Under the pieces are notes generated by a model that worked only from the letters and a program-made list of their open reading frames with translations, did no database searches and was not told where the DNA came from. Both the position numbers and the translations under genes were made by a program. From Eledone cirrhosa (taxonomy: Eukaryota), in the NCBI GenBank assembly GCA_964016885.1, contig CAXHJY010001275.1, positions 1-49,403 on the forward strand: a DNA stretch of 49,403 nucleotides, given 5' to 3'. Positions 1 through 11,207 of this stretch are shown here, piece after piece; position 1 is the stretch's first letter, and each line of letters begins with the position of its first letter.

Positions 1-1064
1 AGCTCGAAAGGAAATATTCCTGAGCCGTGTATAAAAGTAATATATATGAGTAATATATATGTTGAAACAGATACCAACATATCTGTATTTATATTGCAAA
101 AGAAAGTTAGCCAGACTGAAGAATATTAATTATTATACCACAGTTCGTCCACATCGATTTAAAATAATAATAATAATAAATCGACAAAAACTAGTTGTGC
201 TGCCAAATGGCAATGATGTTTATACATATTTAAATTTCAAAGTCAAACCTGTTCAGTAGATAAGTTTAAACCTCAAAATCCAAACATGTTTCGAGATGGA
301 TATAAGTGTAGGAATATCATGCCACTGCTCTCCTCAGTAAACATCCAGAGACAATTGATAAGCTTCACTTCTAAATAATTTAAAAGACTGTGTGACGCAC
401 ATGGGTTCACAGATTCAGGCTAGTCTCATAACCGTACTGCTAGAAATAACAGTCGTATATATGAGGCGAAATTTAGCTCGACGAAGAGCCGTTATATTAA
501 GTGTAAGGAATTCTTTTACAATGGAATTAGCTCGAAAGGAAATATTCCTGAGCCGTGTATAAAAGTAATATATATGAGTAATATATATGTTGAAACAGAT
601 ACCAACATATCTGTATTTATATTGCAAAAGAAAGTTAGCCAGACTGAAGAATATTAATTATTATACCACAGTTCGTCCACATCGATTTAAAATAATAATA
701 ATAATAAATCGACAAAAACTAGTTGTGCTGCCAAATGGCAATGATGTTTATACATATTTAAATTTCAAAGTCAAACCTGTTCAGTAGATAAGTTTAAACC
801 TCAAAATCCATGGATTTTGAGGTTTAAACTTATCTACTGAACAGGTTTGACTTTGAAATTTAAATATGTATAAACATCATTGCCATTTGGCAGCACAACT
901 AGTTTTTGTCGATTTATTATTATTATTATTTTAAATCGATGTGGACGAACTGTGGTATAATAATTAATATTCTTCAGTCTGGCTAACTTTCTTTTGCAAT
1001 ATAAATACAGATATGTTGGTATCTGTTTCAACATATATATTACTCATATATATTACTTTTATAC
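1..1064. mobile_element. Retrozyme-like / PLE-derived non-autonomous element: 528-bp partial tandem (1-282 = 529-810) plus a 254-bp inverted copy (811-1064 mirrors 557-810); runs off the left edge of the window
   Basis: Direct repeat with period 528 (identical 66-aa ORFs at 59 and 587); palindrome axis at ...aaaatcca|tggatttt... (810/811); ends with (ttttatac) slippage into (TA)n; HHR motif on the minus strand. Confidence 0.75.
274..346 (-). ncRNA. Type I hammerhead ribozyme candidate
   Basis: Minus strand: CUGAGGA (337-331), stem II GAG/CUC with a long insert, GAAA (292-289), palindromic stem III A-CAUG-U, GUU triplet with cleavage between 283 and 282; stem I is wobble-rich (GUUUA/UGGAU). 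Confidence 0.7.
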
Positions 1065-1071
1065 TTTTATA

Positions 1072-1121
<50 letters not shown>

Positions 1122-1128
<7 letters not shown>

Positions 1129-1210
1129 CAGATTACAGTTTAAGCAAAGAATCGCTGGTTTCACCCTTAACGGGATCTTCGAGCCCTCTTTGGAATTTAG
1201 TCTTCACATT
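1122..1210 (-). repeat. Dispersed short repeat family beside (TA)n (related pieces at 5838-5880, 38505-38596, 49001-49070)
   Basis: Shared 'cagatta(c/a)agtttaagcaaagaatcg..tttcac.cttaacgggatcttc' and 'cgagccctctttgga.tttagtct' blocks. Confidence 0.65.
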
Positions 1211-1223
1211 TATTATTATTACC

Positions 1224-1329
<106 letters not shown>

Positions 1330-1335
1330 TGTATG

Positions 1336-1368
<33 letters not shown>

Positions 1369-1647
1369 CTATGTGCATGTGTGGGTGTGAATTTGGGTAT
1401 AGTGTCAGTGGGTGGTTGGGTAAAATTATATTACTATAGATGGCGCCAGTTTAAGCAGTCAATTGTAGTTGAAACTGTATATTCATGTCTGCTGGCATCA
1501 GTGTGTCATTTCGTAATTCGCAGAGAATTTATATAAGTAAGAAAGAGCGAATCGGGGCGATTGTAATCGATTGTCTTCGAGCTTATTATTTGCGAAACAC
1601 GTGTAATTATGAATAAAATTCGTTATATTGAAACTTCGTTCTCATAT

Positions 1648-1733
<86 letters not shown>

Positions 1734-2378
1734 CAGCTGTGGGTTATTTGGGTGGTAAACTTAATCTGTCGCTCACTTTAACATCTCCTCTTAGACCATG
1801 TTTGCCTTTAGCGGAGTCCACTCTCTTGCAAATATTCTGATCAGGTCTCCAATTTGAGAAAACTTCTCAAATCTCTCTTACCAGTCTCAGAGGCATTGAA
1901 AAGTGTCATGGGGTCTGCTATTCCTTCCCTGAATGAACAGAATAAAAGCTGCTCCCTTTTTGACCCGAGGAAGGACAATTAATCATCTAGATAGAACACA
2001 CTTTAGTATTTAGATATAGATGAATAAATATAGAAAGAACGAAAGAAAGAATATGGTATTTCTTCTTTGTTTTCTCTTGGATAATTCCCATAATTTGGAT
2101 ACATTCTACGTTTTGGAAAATGTCCAAGATTAAAAGTTAGAAAAATCGAATGTAAACAGTGGAAATGTAGGAAATTCATGAACGATGGCGAAAAAAAAAA
2201 AGACTACTTTAATGAAACCTAACAATTGAAATTTCCTTCATATATTCAAAGTAAAGGAATTTCAATCAAAATGGCTGCCATGAATTAAATATAGTATAAG
2301 AAACTAAAGCGAGAAGAAAAGACAAAGAGATTAAAAGAACAATAGGAAAGAAAGCGAGAGGACACACACACACAGAGG

Positions 2379-2452
<74 letters not shown>

Positions 2453-2508
2453 AAGACGCACACGCAGAGAGGGAGGGAAAGAGAGAAGGGGTGTAAATAA
2501 TAAAATAA

Positions 2509-2667
2509 TTGTTTCTACTTTTGACAAACAGCCAGCAATTTGAAGGGAGGGGGAAAGTCGATTAAATCGACCTCAATGCAATACTGGTGCTTTATTTTTT
2601 CTACCCAGTAAGGATGAAAGTCAAATCAAACCTCGGAGGGAGGGATTTGAATTCAGAACGTAAAGGG
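2509..2667 (-). mobile_element. tRNA-derived SINE, diverged partial copy
   Basis: Reverse complement of the family core (ctttcatccttac..., ctggc...gtagaaacaatt) with a B-box-like 'gaattcaaatccc'. Confidence 0.75.
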
Positions 2668-3202
2668 ACACAAAATCATAATATAATAAAGAGAGGAGTG
2701 CGGGACTGAGTCCTGAATATATTTTTTGATCCCGTTTGTAAAATAAGTTGGATTACTTTGAGTAAATAATGAATGAATATTTCATAATCTATGTACTAAA
2801 TTTCGTAACTCTTGATTAAATATAAATAATTTTATTGCTTATTTCAAGATTCACATCTTTAAAATTTTCAAATGTCAACACTTCCGGTTAGCGCCCATTA
2901 TATTATAACATTTATTACATCGCTTATATAAACATTCATATATTTACATCGTTATATAAGGTTTATATTCCCATCGCTAATTTTCTCCTAATGCAGTTTA
3001 TATATAATATCGTCATTTTTAAATGTATCATGGATTACTTTACTGATTGCAGAAGAGAGTGTAACACAGTCTTTCTTCAATTTCTGTGCATATTCTCAAT
3101 TACGATTTTATTTGACGTATCATATCTAAATGCATGTATATTTGCATATAATATCAATATGCACACCACACATGCTAGCAGAAAACCACCCTTCGTAGAA
3201 AT

Positions 3203-3384
3203 AATTGTTTCTACCTTTTGGCACAAGGCCAGCAATTACCCAGTACATTACTGGTACTTTATTTTATCGACCCCGTAAGGATGAAAGGCAAAGTTAACCT
3301 CGGCGGGATTTGAACTCAGAATGGCAAGGGCCGTAACTCTATGCGTCAAAGCATGGCGTCCGACCCTCTACCGATACTGCCAAT
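3203..3384 (-). mobile_element. tRNA-derived SINE, near full length; a degenerate copy follows at ~3395-3505
   Basis: Minus strand A-box-like TGGCAGTATCGG, B-box GAGTTCAAATCCC, central gcctttcatccttacggggtcgataaaataaagtacc (resembles the Nin/Deu SINE domain); many copies in the window. Confidence 0.85.
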
Positions 3385-3748
3385 GTAGAAATAATGGTTT
3401 ATGATTTAGGCACAAGACCAACAACTTGTGCGTTACTGGTATTTTATGTTATCAGCCCCGGAAGAATGACTTCGACGGGATTTTAACTCAGAATGTAAAG
3501 GTCCACAAAATAGAAATAATGAAAGACTAACTATAAAAAGAAAGCAGAAAAAGTGGGAGAAAGAAAAAAGGAAAGAGATGGAGAAAGAACGAAGAAAAAA
3601 GTAAAAGAAAAGAAAAAAGAAGAAAGAAATAAAGACAGAAATAAAGAACGGAAGAAAAAAGAAAGAAGAGTAGAAAGAAAGGAAAAGAATGAAAAATAAA
3701 ATAATGAAATAAAGAAAAAAGAGTGAAGACAATACCAACGATATTTAC

Positions 3749-4423
3749 CTGAAAAATTAAATTGTCCAATGGGTGATGGGCTTCTAGTTTTTGAAGGGTT
3801 ACATAACCAGGGTCGGAATGCACTGAAAGTTGTTGCTGAAGACGTCGTTGTAGGCGTCGTGGTTGTGATATCAACTGGTGATGGGGAGAAACTGTCTCTT
3901 TTTGAGGATGCAGTTCTTCCAATTGTTGGTGTTGTTATTGATGGTGGTGGTGGTGGTGGAGTCGTACCAGCATCGTCGCTGAGTCGAGCATCGGCTGAAG
4001 ACGACACCCTGTCCATTTCCACCTCTTCTTCTTCTTCCTCCTCTTCCTCCACCTCTTCATCTTCCTCCTCTTCTTCTTCCTCTTCCTCTTCCTCTTCTTC
4101 TTCCTCTTCCGAAAGGTTAAGATGGCCGTTGCGATTATTCTCACTTCTGGTCAGGCTTCCGCTCTGAATTCCATTCCCACTCTCATTTCCATTTCCGTTT
4201 CCGTTGCCATGGCCGTTGCGTGTGCCGTTTCTCGTTAAGTTTCTAGTCCCGGTTCCGGTTCCTGTTCCTGCTCCGGATCCGGTTTCTGTTGAAACTACAT
4301 TGGGCATGTCGAAAGGGAAGCAAAGTGCTACAGCTGCTGCTGCTGTTGCTGCGGCTGCTGCTGCTGTTCCGGCTGCTGCAACTTGTTGTGCAGCAACTTC
4401 AAGACACGGCGTGATGTTAACAC
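3749..4423 (-). CDS. Internal coding exon (675 nt, phase 1/1) of a low-complexity protein with poly-Ala, GT/GN repeats, poly-Glu/Asp, poly-Pro and poly-Thr; probably a nuclear regulator
   Basis: Acceptor tctctcttgtgttttgcAG|gtgtt at 4424/4423 and donor tcag|GTaaat at 3749/3748; length divisible by 3; open frame with mixed codons in homopolymer runs; GC richer than flanks; unique segments such as FSAFRPWLCNPSK. Confidence 0.75.
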
Positions 4424-4602
4424 CTGCAAAACACAAGAGAGAGAATAAATAGAGGTTTTTTTTAAAAGGTAAAATAAGGGAGGTAAATCGAGAATGCGAA
4501 CGAGAGGGGATTGAGAGATAGACAGCCTGAAAATTAAGAAGGAAGATAGAGAATGAATAGAGACAGAGAATAAGGACGAATGATGGATAATGTGGCAGCG
4601 GT

Positions 4603-4677
<75 letters not shown>

Positions 4678-5122
4678 AGAGAAAGAAAAAGAGTGAGAGT
4701 GTGTGTGTGTGTCTGTGTGTGTGTGTGTGAAAATCTAGTTTATTGTCATAAATGGATAATATAGTAAATATATTGCAAATATCAGAAATATATGCACCAC
4801 AGTCAGTGTTGCAGCATATGTACAAACGTTATTGGCATAGGGTACAATCAAGATGGCGAGGCCCTAGTCTTCTTTTCGATATCTCGTCAGATATGCGACT
4901 GTATATGTGCAAAGACACACCAAAACTGTTGACAGAGGTCCAGGGTTTGCTTTTATGAACTTATTAGAGGGTGGGGGAGGGAGTAACAATAGGTTTATAT
5001 TTAAAGGGTGAAGGATAAAGAAGAAAGGATAAAAAATATAAGTAAAGAAAGTAAAAAAGTAAAAATACAAAAAGGTAAAAAGTAAAAAAATGCTAAGAAG
5101 GAGTGAAAAGATTAACAAAATT

Positions 5123-5330
5123 AATTGTTTCTATTTCTGGCACAAGGCCAGCAATTCCCCCCAGTGCATTATTGGTGCTTTATTTTATCGACTTTTTTTT
5201 ATTTATTTTATGGACCCGTAAGGATGAAAGACGAAGTTAACCTCGGCGGGATTTGAACTCAGATCATAAAGGGCCGTAACTCTATACTGCAAAGCGTGGC
5301 GTCCGACCCTCTACCGATACTGCCAATCCA
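5123..5330 (-). mobile_element. tRNA-derived SINE
   Basis: Same A box, B box and core as 3203-3384. Confidence 0.85.
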
Positions 5331-5634
5331 ATCTTTACAAAGATAATAAAATTATAAAAGGAAAAATGAAAAGTTTTCATTTCTCAATTTATAAACATTT
5401 ACACTAGCTCTTTTACTTGTATCCATCAAAGTTAACTGATTAGCTTAGAGCAACCAATTTATATTTCATAATTACTGTAATATATCTACCGGTATGCCAC
5501 TACCTGCCGTAATACTGTGCACATGGCCGATACCCGCTCGGTATCAATTTCTTTCTTGTATTTTGTAACAATGTTATATCTAAGTATAGGATGATACCTT
5601 GACCCACAAATGTTGACCTGTTATCCGTGAAATT

Positions 5635-5730
5635 CTAGCGTCGACTTTTATACAAAGTCTATGGAAAATTCCAGATTTTGTGGAAAAAAATAGGGGGTCG
5701 ACTTTTACATGAGATACTGTTACTGCAGTA
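5635..5730. mobile_element. Possible Tc1/mariner-pogo-type terminal remnant
   Basis: Repeated 'gtcgacttttaca/gtcgacttttata' subterminal-like motifs ending at TA; recognised from memory only. Confidence 0.3.
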
Positions 5731-5994
5731 TATATATTCATATATATATATTTGATATATATTTGATATATATTTGATATATATATTTGATATATATATT
5801 TGATATATATTTGATATATATATTTGATATATATTTATTCTTATCGAGCCCTCTTTGGATTTTAGTCTCCGCATTTATTATTATTACACACACATATATG
5901 TATATATATATATATATATATATGTGAAAAGATTCAGGACCCTGACGACTGAGCTCAAGCTGTTTTTTCGACATCTAGATCTACACCCTTCCTG

Positions 5995-6038
<44 letters not shown>

Positions 6039-6084
6039 GAGGGAGAGATGACTGGGGCAAATAAGACCACCAAAATGGGTAGGG

Positions 6085-6347
6085 CAAGTTTATGTATCAA
6101 ACAAGGAGTCCGAATACAGATCCTTCCTTGATGAAGTCACTGCAGTGTTAGATATAGTTAAGACTGGGTCATATATCCTGATGTGAGACTTCAATGCACA
6201 GGTTGGCACTGACCATCTGACATGGAAAGGAGTGGTTCGAAGGAATGGCGATCCTGATCAAAATACGAATGGAGAGAACTTATTAGACTTCTGTTCTTGA
6301 AATGGACTCTCTATTATGAACACATTCTTTCAGCATAGAGATATCCA
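6085..6347 (+). pseudogene. RTE-like LINE fragment, apurinic endonuclease domain (disrupted)
   Basis: Manual translation QVYVSNKESEYRSFLDEVTAVL ... [52 protein letters not shown] matches LINE APE motifs (GDFNAxVG, NGxxLLxFC, NTFF); contains a stop. Confidence 0.75.
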
Positions 6348-6495
6348 AATTAGATTTTAATTTATATTTCAAGTTGAGCTCTTTTTCCGTGTTGGTGTGA
6401 TGATAATTCTGGTGTTGGCGTTGGTGGTAGAAATAGTGGTTGTGGGGTTTATCTGCGGTCGGAGATATCTAAAGTTAGAACTGCAGCTGTTGGAG

Positions 6496-6526
<31 letters not shown>

Positions 6527-6599
6527 TGTATGTATGTATGTATGTATGTATGTATGTATGTATGTATGTATGCAGGTATGTATGTATGTAGAAATAATC

Positions 6600-6931
6600 G
6601 GGCTGGATACCCGATCGCGTGGTTAAAACATTGGGAGTGAAGGACCCCTAGCCTTTGTTAGGACATTCTTCAAGGAGAAGACAACTCAGCAAACTGGAAT
6701 AACTCCGACATAAAACTTGCAGCTCATTAGTTACCGATGATGTTGATATTTTTTTCTTTTCGAGTTATAGCTACTGTCGCTCAGAGAGTGGGATTGGCTC
6801 AGTGCACAGTCTTTCCTCACTTTGAAAAATATCTTTACGCACAGGCATTGCACGATAGAATTAATTAATAATTATTAATAATGGTATATCATGCAATGGC
6901 CATACTCGATAACGAGTGGGCAGACATCATG
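6600..6931 (+). mobile_element. Non-coding retroposon (RTE-associated SINE-like), diverged copy with a (TATG)n tail to ~7292
   Basis: Similar to the reverse complement of 8140-8560 (cccctagcctttgt...aggagaag..aactc; gagagtggga.tggct; 3' end ggcc.tactcga.aacgagt.ggcag.ca.cat). Confidence 0.65.
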
Positions 6932-7263
6932 CATGTATGTATGAATGTATGTATGTATTTATGTATGTATGTATGTATTTATGTATGAATGTATGTATGT
7001 ATGCATTTATGTATGTATGTATGTATGTATGTATGTATGTATGTATGTATGTATGTATGTATGTATGTATTTATGTATGAATGTATGTATTTATGTATGA
7101 ATGTATGTATTTATGTATGAATGTATGTATGTATGAATGTATGTATGTATTTATGTATGAATGTATGTATGTATGTATTTATGTATGAATGTATGTATGT
7201 ATGCATTAATGTATGTATGTATGTATGTATGTATGTATGTATGTATGTATGTATGTATGTATG

Positions 7264-7294
<31 letters not shown>

Positions 7295-7716
7295 TCAACG
7301 GTAACGGCAGAAACCAGCCAATGAAAAGCTGTCTACTTCTATCGTTCACTCTTTCTGCCTGTGTAACGTGCAGGGGCTCTGGTGGATGTTGCCTTTTTCT
7401 TTATACTGTGATATATACGAAGACATGAGATAACTTTAACAGCTTCCTACGTCCCGTAATATGAATATATCAGAGCATATTGCCAATATTCTCGCTTCAG
7501 ATAATATTGGCAACTTTCCACGAAGTTTGCACAACGTTTCTTTTATAAATCAACAGCTTTCCCGCGTTGGGAATTTCACCCAATCACAGCACAACGTTAT
7601 TTTCCGAATGAAAGCCCAACTTTGTGTGTTTATATAAATATATATAAATAGTAACTACAAAAGTAATATGTTTGTATTTATCTGCTAAATTTGTATGTGT
7701 GTATGTGTGTAGGTAA

Positions 7717-7812
<96 letters not shown>

Positions 7813-8069
7813 AAGAAGAAGAAGAAAAAGAAGAAGAAGAAGAGATATACACACATATCTATATATGACGAATTTATATTACATTTAACAGTAACAAGGT
7901 AACCGGGATTATATGAATGTGTATATTGTGCATTTAGCCAAAATTCATGTATTTTCTTGTAAAGCGAAAAAAAAATGATAATTATCTTGAATCAATTTTC
8001 GAGCCTTTTTGCCTTCTCATCTGATGATATGTATATCATCTAAACAACCATATATATATATATAATCAA

Positions 8070-8121
<52 letters not shown>

Positions 8122-8137
8122 TGGCTGCCAACTCGTT

Positions 8138-8730
8138 TTCGAGTACGGCCACTACTTTATATCCATGTAGGAGAACCCCTACCGATGCGCTGAACGAGTG
8201 TGACTTTTTAGTCCAGCCAGCGACTTGAAAACTCTGGTACAAACACTACACTTGTGACAATTACTGACACATAGTGCTGGGCCCATGGTACCATGTGACG
8301 ACAAGTGCAGAGAGATCTCCAGATATAAAGCAATGCCTGTGCCGTGAAGCTTTTATAGTGAGCAAAGGCACTGCACAAAGCCAGTCCCACTCTCTTAACC
8401 AAGATGATATTTACCAAAAAGAAGAACAAGTCAACATCATTGGATACCATCAGGGTTGCAGGTGTTATATCAGAGTTTTCCTTCTCCTAGAATTCTGCCT
8501 TGACAAAGGCTAAGGGGTCATCTCTCCCGGTGATTTTGGATGGCCATTGACTCTTAAGAGCTCCTTTGCCCTTTGACAGGTTTTGTTTTTAGTCCTGCAG
8601 GATGTCCAAAGTCACCCTCCTCACCAAGAAACCTTGGTGGGGTTGCCAGTTTAGTCGCCAACGACCCGACCATGGGACAGGTTGTACTGGAATACATGTT
8701 ACCAGTAGCACCAACTGGTGACCTGACCTG
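8138..8730 (-). mobile_element. Non-coding retroposon (RTE-associated SINE-like), longest copy, within (TA)n
   Basis: 8138-8450 is nearly identical to 32911-33244; 'ctaggagaaggaaaactctga' resembles RTE 5' regions; microsatellite tail. Confidence 0.65.
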
Positions 8731-8879
8731 ATATATATATATATATATATATACATATATATCAAGATATATATATATATATATATATACATACATACAC
8801 ATATATATATATAAATATATATATGTGTGTATGTTTGTGCGTGTGTACAGGCATGTATATACATATACATACATATATA

Positions 8880-8949
<70 letters not shown>

Positions 8950-9070
8950 TATGTATGTATATGTATATACATGCCTGTACACACGCACAAGCATACACAC
9001 ACAGACCGACTGACAAAGACAGAAAGACGGAGGGAAATAGGGAAAAAGACAGTGGGTGTGATAGGGAAAG

Positions 9071-9126
<56 letters not shown>

Positions 9127-9538
9127 GGGGGACTGAGTGATATGATAAAACAAAAACAACAAAAACTATAAAAACAATTACAAACGATGTTTATAAAAGA
9201 ATTAAAACTAAAATATCTTTCACACAGAAATAATTGCAATGATTAACAAAAGCAAAGACCCCCAATAAAAAGCAAAAGAAGAAGAACAATACTACTACTA
9301 CTACTAGAACAGCAACAGCCTGTGGTGGTCTCGGTGATAGTGTAGTGGCGGTGTCTGTGGTAGGGTGGTGATGGTGTTGGTGCTGGTGTCTGTAGTGGAG
9401 TCTGTAGTGGTGCAGTGGTGGTGTCGGGTGTGGTGAAGAAATAGTGTCGGTGGTGGAAGTGTCTTTGGTGTTGGTGGTGGTGTTGTCGGTGACGCTGTCT
9501 GTGGTGGTATGATGATAGTAGTGGTATTGGTAGTGGTG

Positions 9539-9601
<63 letters not shown>

Positions 9602-9804
9602 TATGGCATGATATAATAATCATGTTAGCTGTTCAACATGGCTGACTTGATGGTAATTCCCACAGTCACTCGTCACTTGTTTATCAACACCTTCTCATTT
9701 ATTTATAAAACTCGTGTTCCTTTTTGGTCCCTCTTCTAGTTACAACCCCTACTACCAACCCAACAAATCAACACTAATCACTCAAGGGAGCGTATATATG
9801 ATTA

Positions 9805-9950
9805 ATGGGTCTGCTAGACATAACAGCCAAATCTTCCTCAACGTACACCCCATCGCCTTAAAAAGCAACAACAACAGGAAGTATAATGTAGTCTTATATG
9901 TCTGGAGAGAAAGGTTGAGATGGTCATAGCAGGAATAACATTATTTCATA
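9805..9950 (+). repeat. Second dispersed SINE-like family (related pieces at 35560-35606 on - and 38410-38460 on +)
   Basis: Shared 'ctgctaga.atagca.ccaaatct.cctcaa..acac' motif. Confidence 0.5.
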
Positions 9951-9956
9951 GGATTG

Positions 9957-10070
9957 TGTTCAAATCCCGCCGAGGTTAACTTTGCCTTTCATCCTTACGG
10001 GGTCGATAAAATAAAGTACCAGTAATGTACTGGGTAATTGCTGGCCTTGTGCCAAAAGTAGAAACCATTA
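9957..10070 (+). mobile_element. tRNA-derived SINE, 5'-truncated at the B box
   Basis: gttcaaatcccgccgaggttaactttgcctttcatccttacggggtcg...agtagaaacc. Confidence 0.85.
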
Positions 10071-11207
10071 TTTCATAGGATTGACCAGTGACTAAACAGC
10101 AAAACCAAATTAACAACCAAACCAAATCAAACACCACAATCACCAACGGCAACAATCACTAAAGACCAACGAAACATCAACAACCACCACAGTTCCAACA
10201 ACGACCATCACAACATGACCATCTATCACTAACCATCAAGACCTTCCTCTAAACACCACAAGATATCCATATACCACTATTCATCAACAGACCCATCCAC
10301 CAACAACCAACAACAACTACTAACCACATAAAAACAAACTACCACCAACAACAACTACCATCACCACCACCACCACCACCACCACCACCACCACCACTAT
10401 CACCACCACCACCATCACGACCACCACAAATAACAACCACCAACAATCAACAATCATCGACAACACCAACAACTACTACCGACAACCACCGCCAACAATG
10501 GCCACCCACAACCACCACCAGCTACCACCATAAACAACAAACAACCCTCATAAACAACCAACAACCACCCAAAACCGCCACGAACACCACCAACTACCAT
10601 CACCACCAACCACCGTTTACTTTTTCCAGTCTTCCTGCTTGTTCCCACGTGATTGTTTTTGTATAAATACTTAACACTATTCTTTTCCTACTTTGCACTT
10701 CTTTCTTTCTTTCTTTCTTTTGTACTGTGTTTTGTAAAAATTTAATAAAGAATTTTAAAACGAAAACAATAAGTCGTTCTACCCCCATCAGCTCTTCCCA
10801 CTGCCCCTATTTCTTTCCGACGCCATTTTCTTAATTTCTACATAGGTTTTCTAAGTTTATTCCTTAGTTTCTTTTCCAAAGTATTCGTTCATTAAAAAAA
10901 TTTAATGACATTTGTTTTTGTTTTAAATATATATTTTTTTAAAGCTGGGAAGTTTTTTTCCCCATTCGTTTTATTTGTTGCTATGTTTGTTATTATATTA
11001 TTATTTTGTTGTTGTTTTTGTTGTTACTGTTGTTGATGAAATTGATGTTATTGTTATTTTGTAAACTATCGCCATTATTCGGTCTGACACACTACTGTTC
11101 CTGCTATATATCCCTAATCCCTTCCACCGCCGCTGCCATCAATAATACAAACACCACTACCACCATCACAACCAGTATCAAACAACCATACAAACAACAG
11201 TATTAAA

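Noticed and set aside
59-1034. Three identical 66-aa ORFs as a gene family
   Set aside because: They are by-products of the tandem and inverted duplication; AT-rich, with no recognisable domain
1882-1928. 47-nt minus-strand micro-exon (ttcattcAG|...|GTaaga) as the next exon of the 3749-4423 gene
   Set aside because: Splice signals look good, but a phase-1 join gives G-K-E-stop inside an internal exon; unsupported without RNA data
3769-4452. Plus-strand Ser/Val/Ala-rich ORFs
   Set aside because: Antisense shadows of the minus-strand exon
8021-8045. CTGATGA followed by a hairpin as an HHR
   Set aside because: No GAAA...UH or stem I partner
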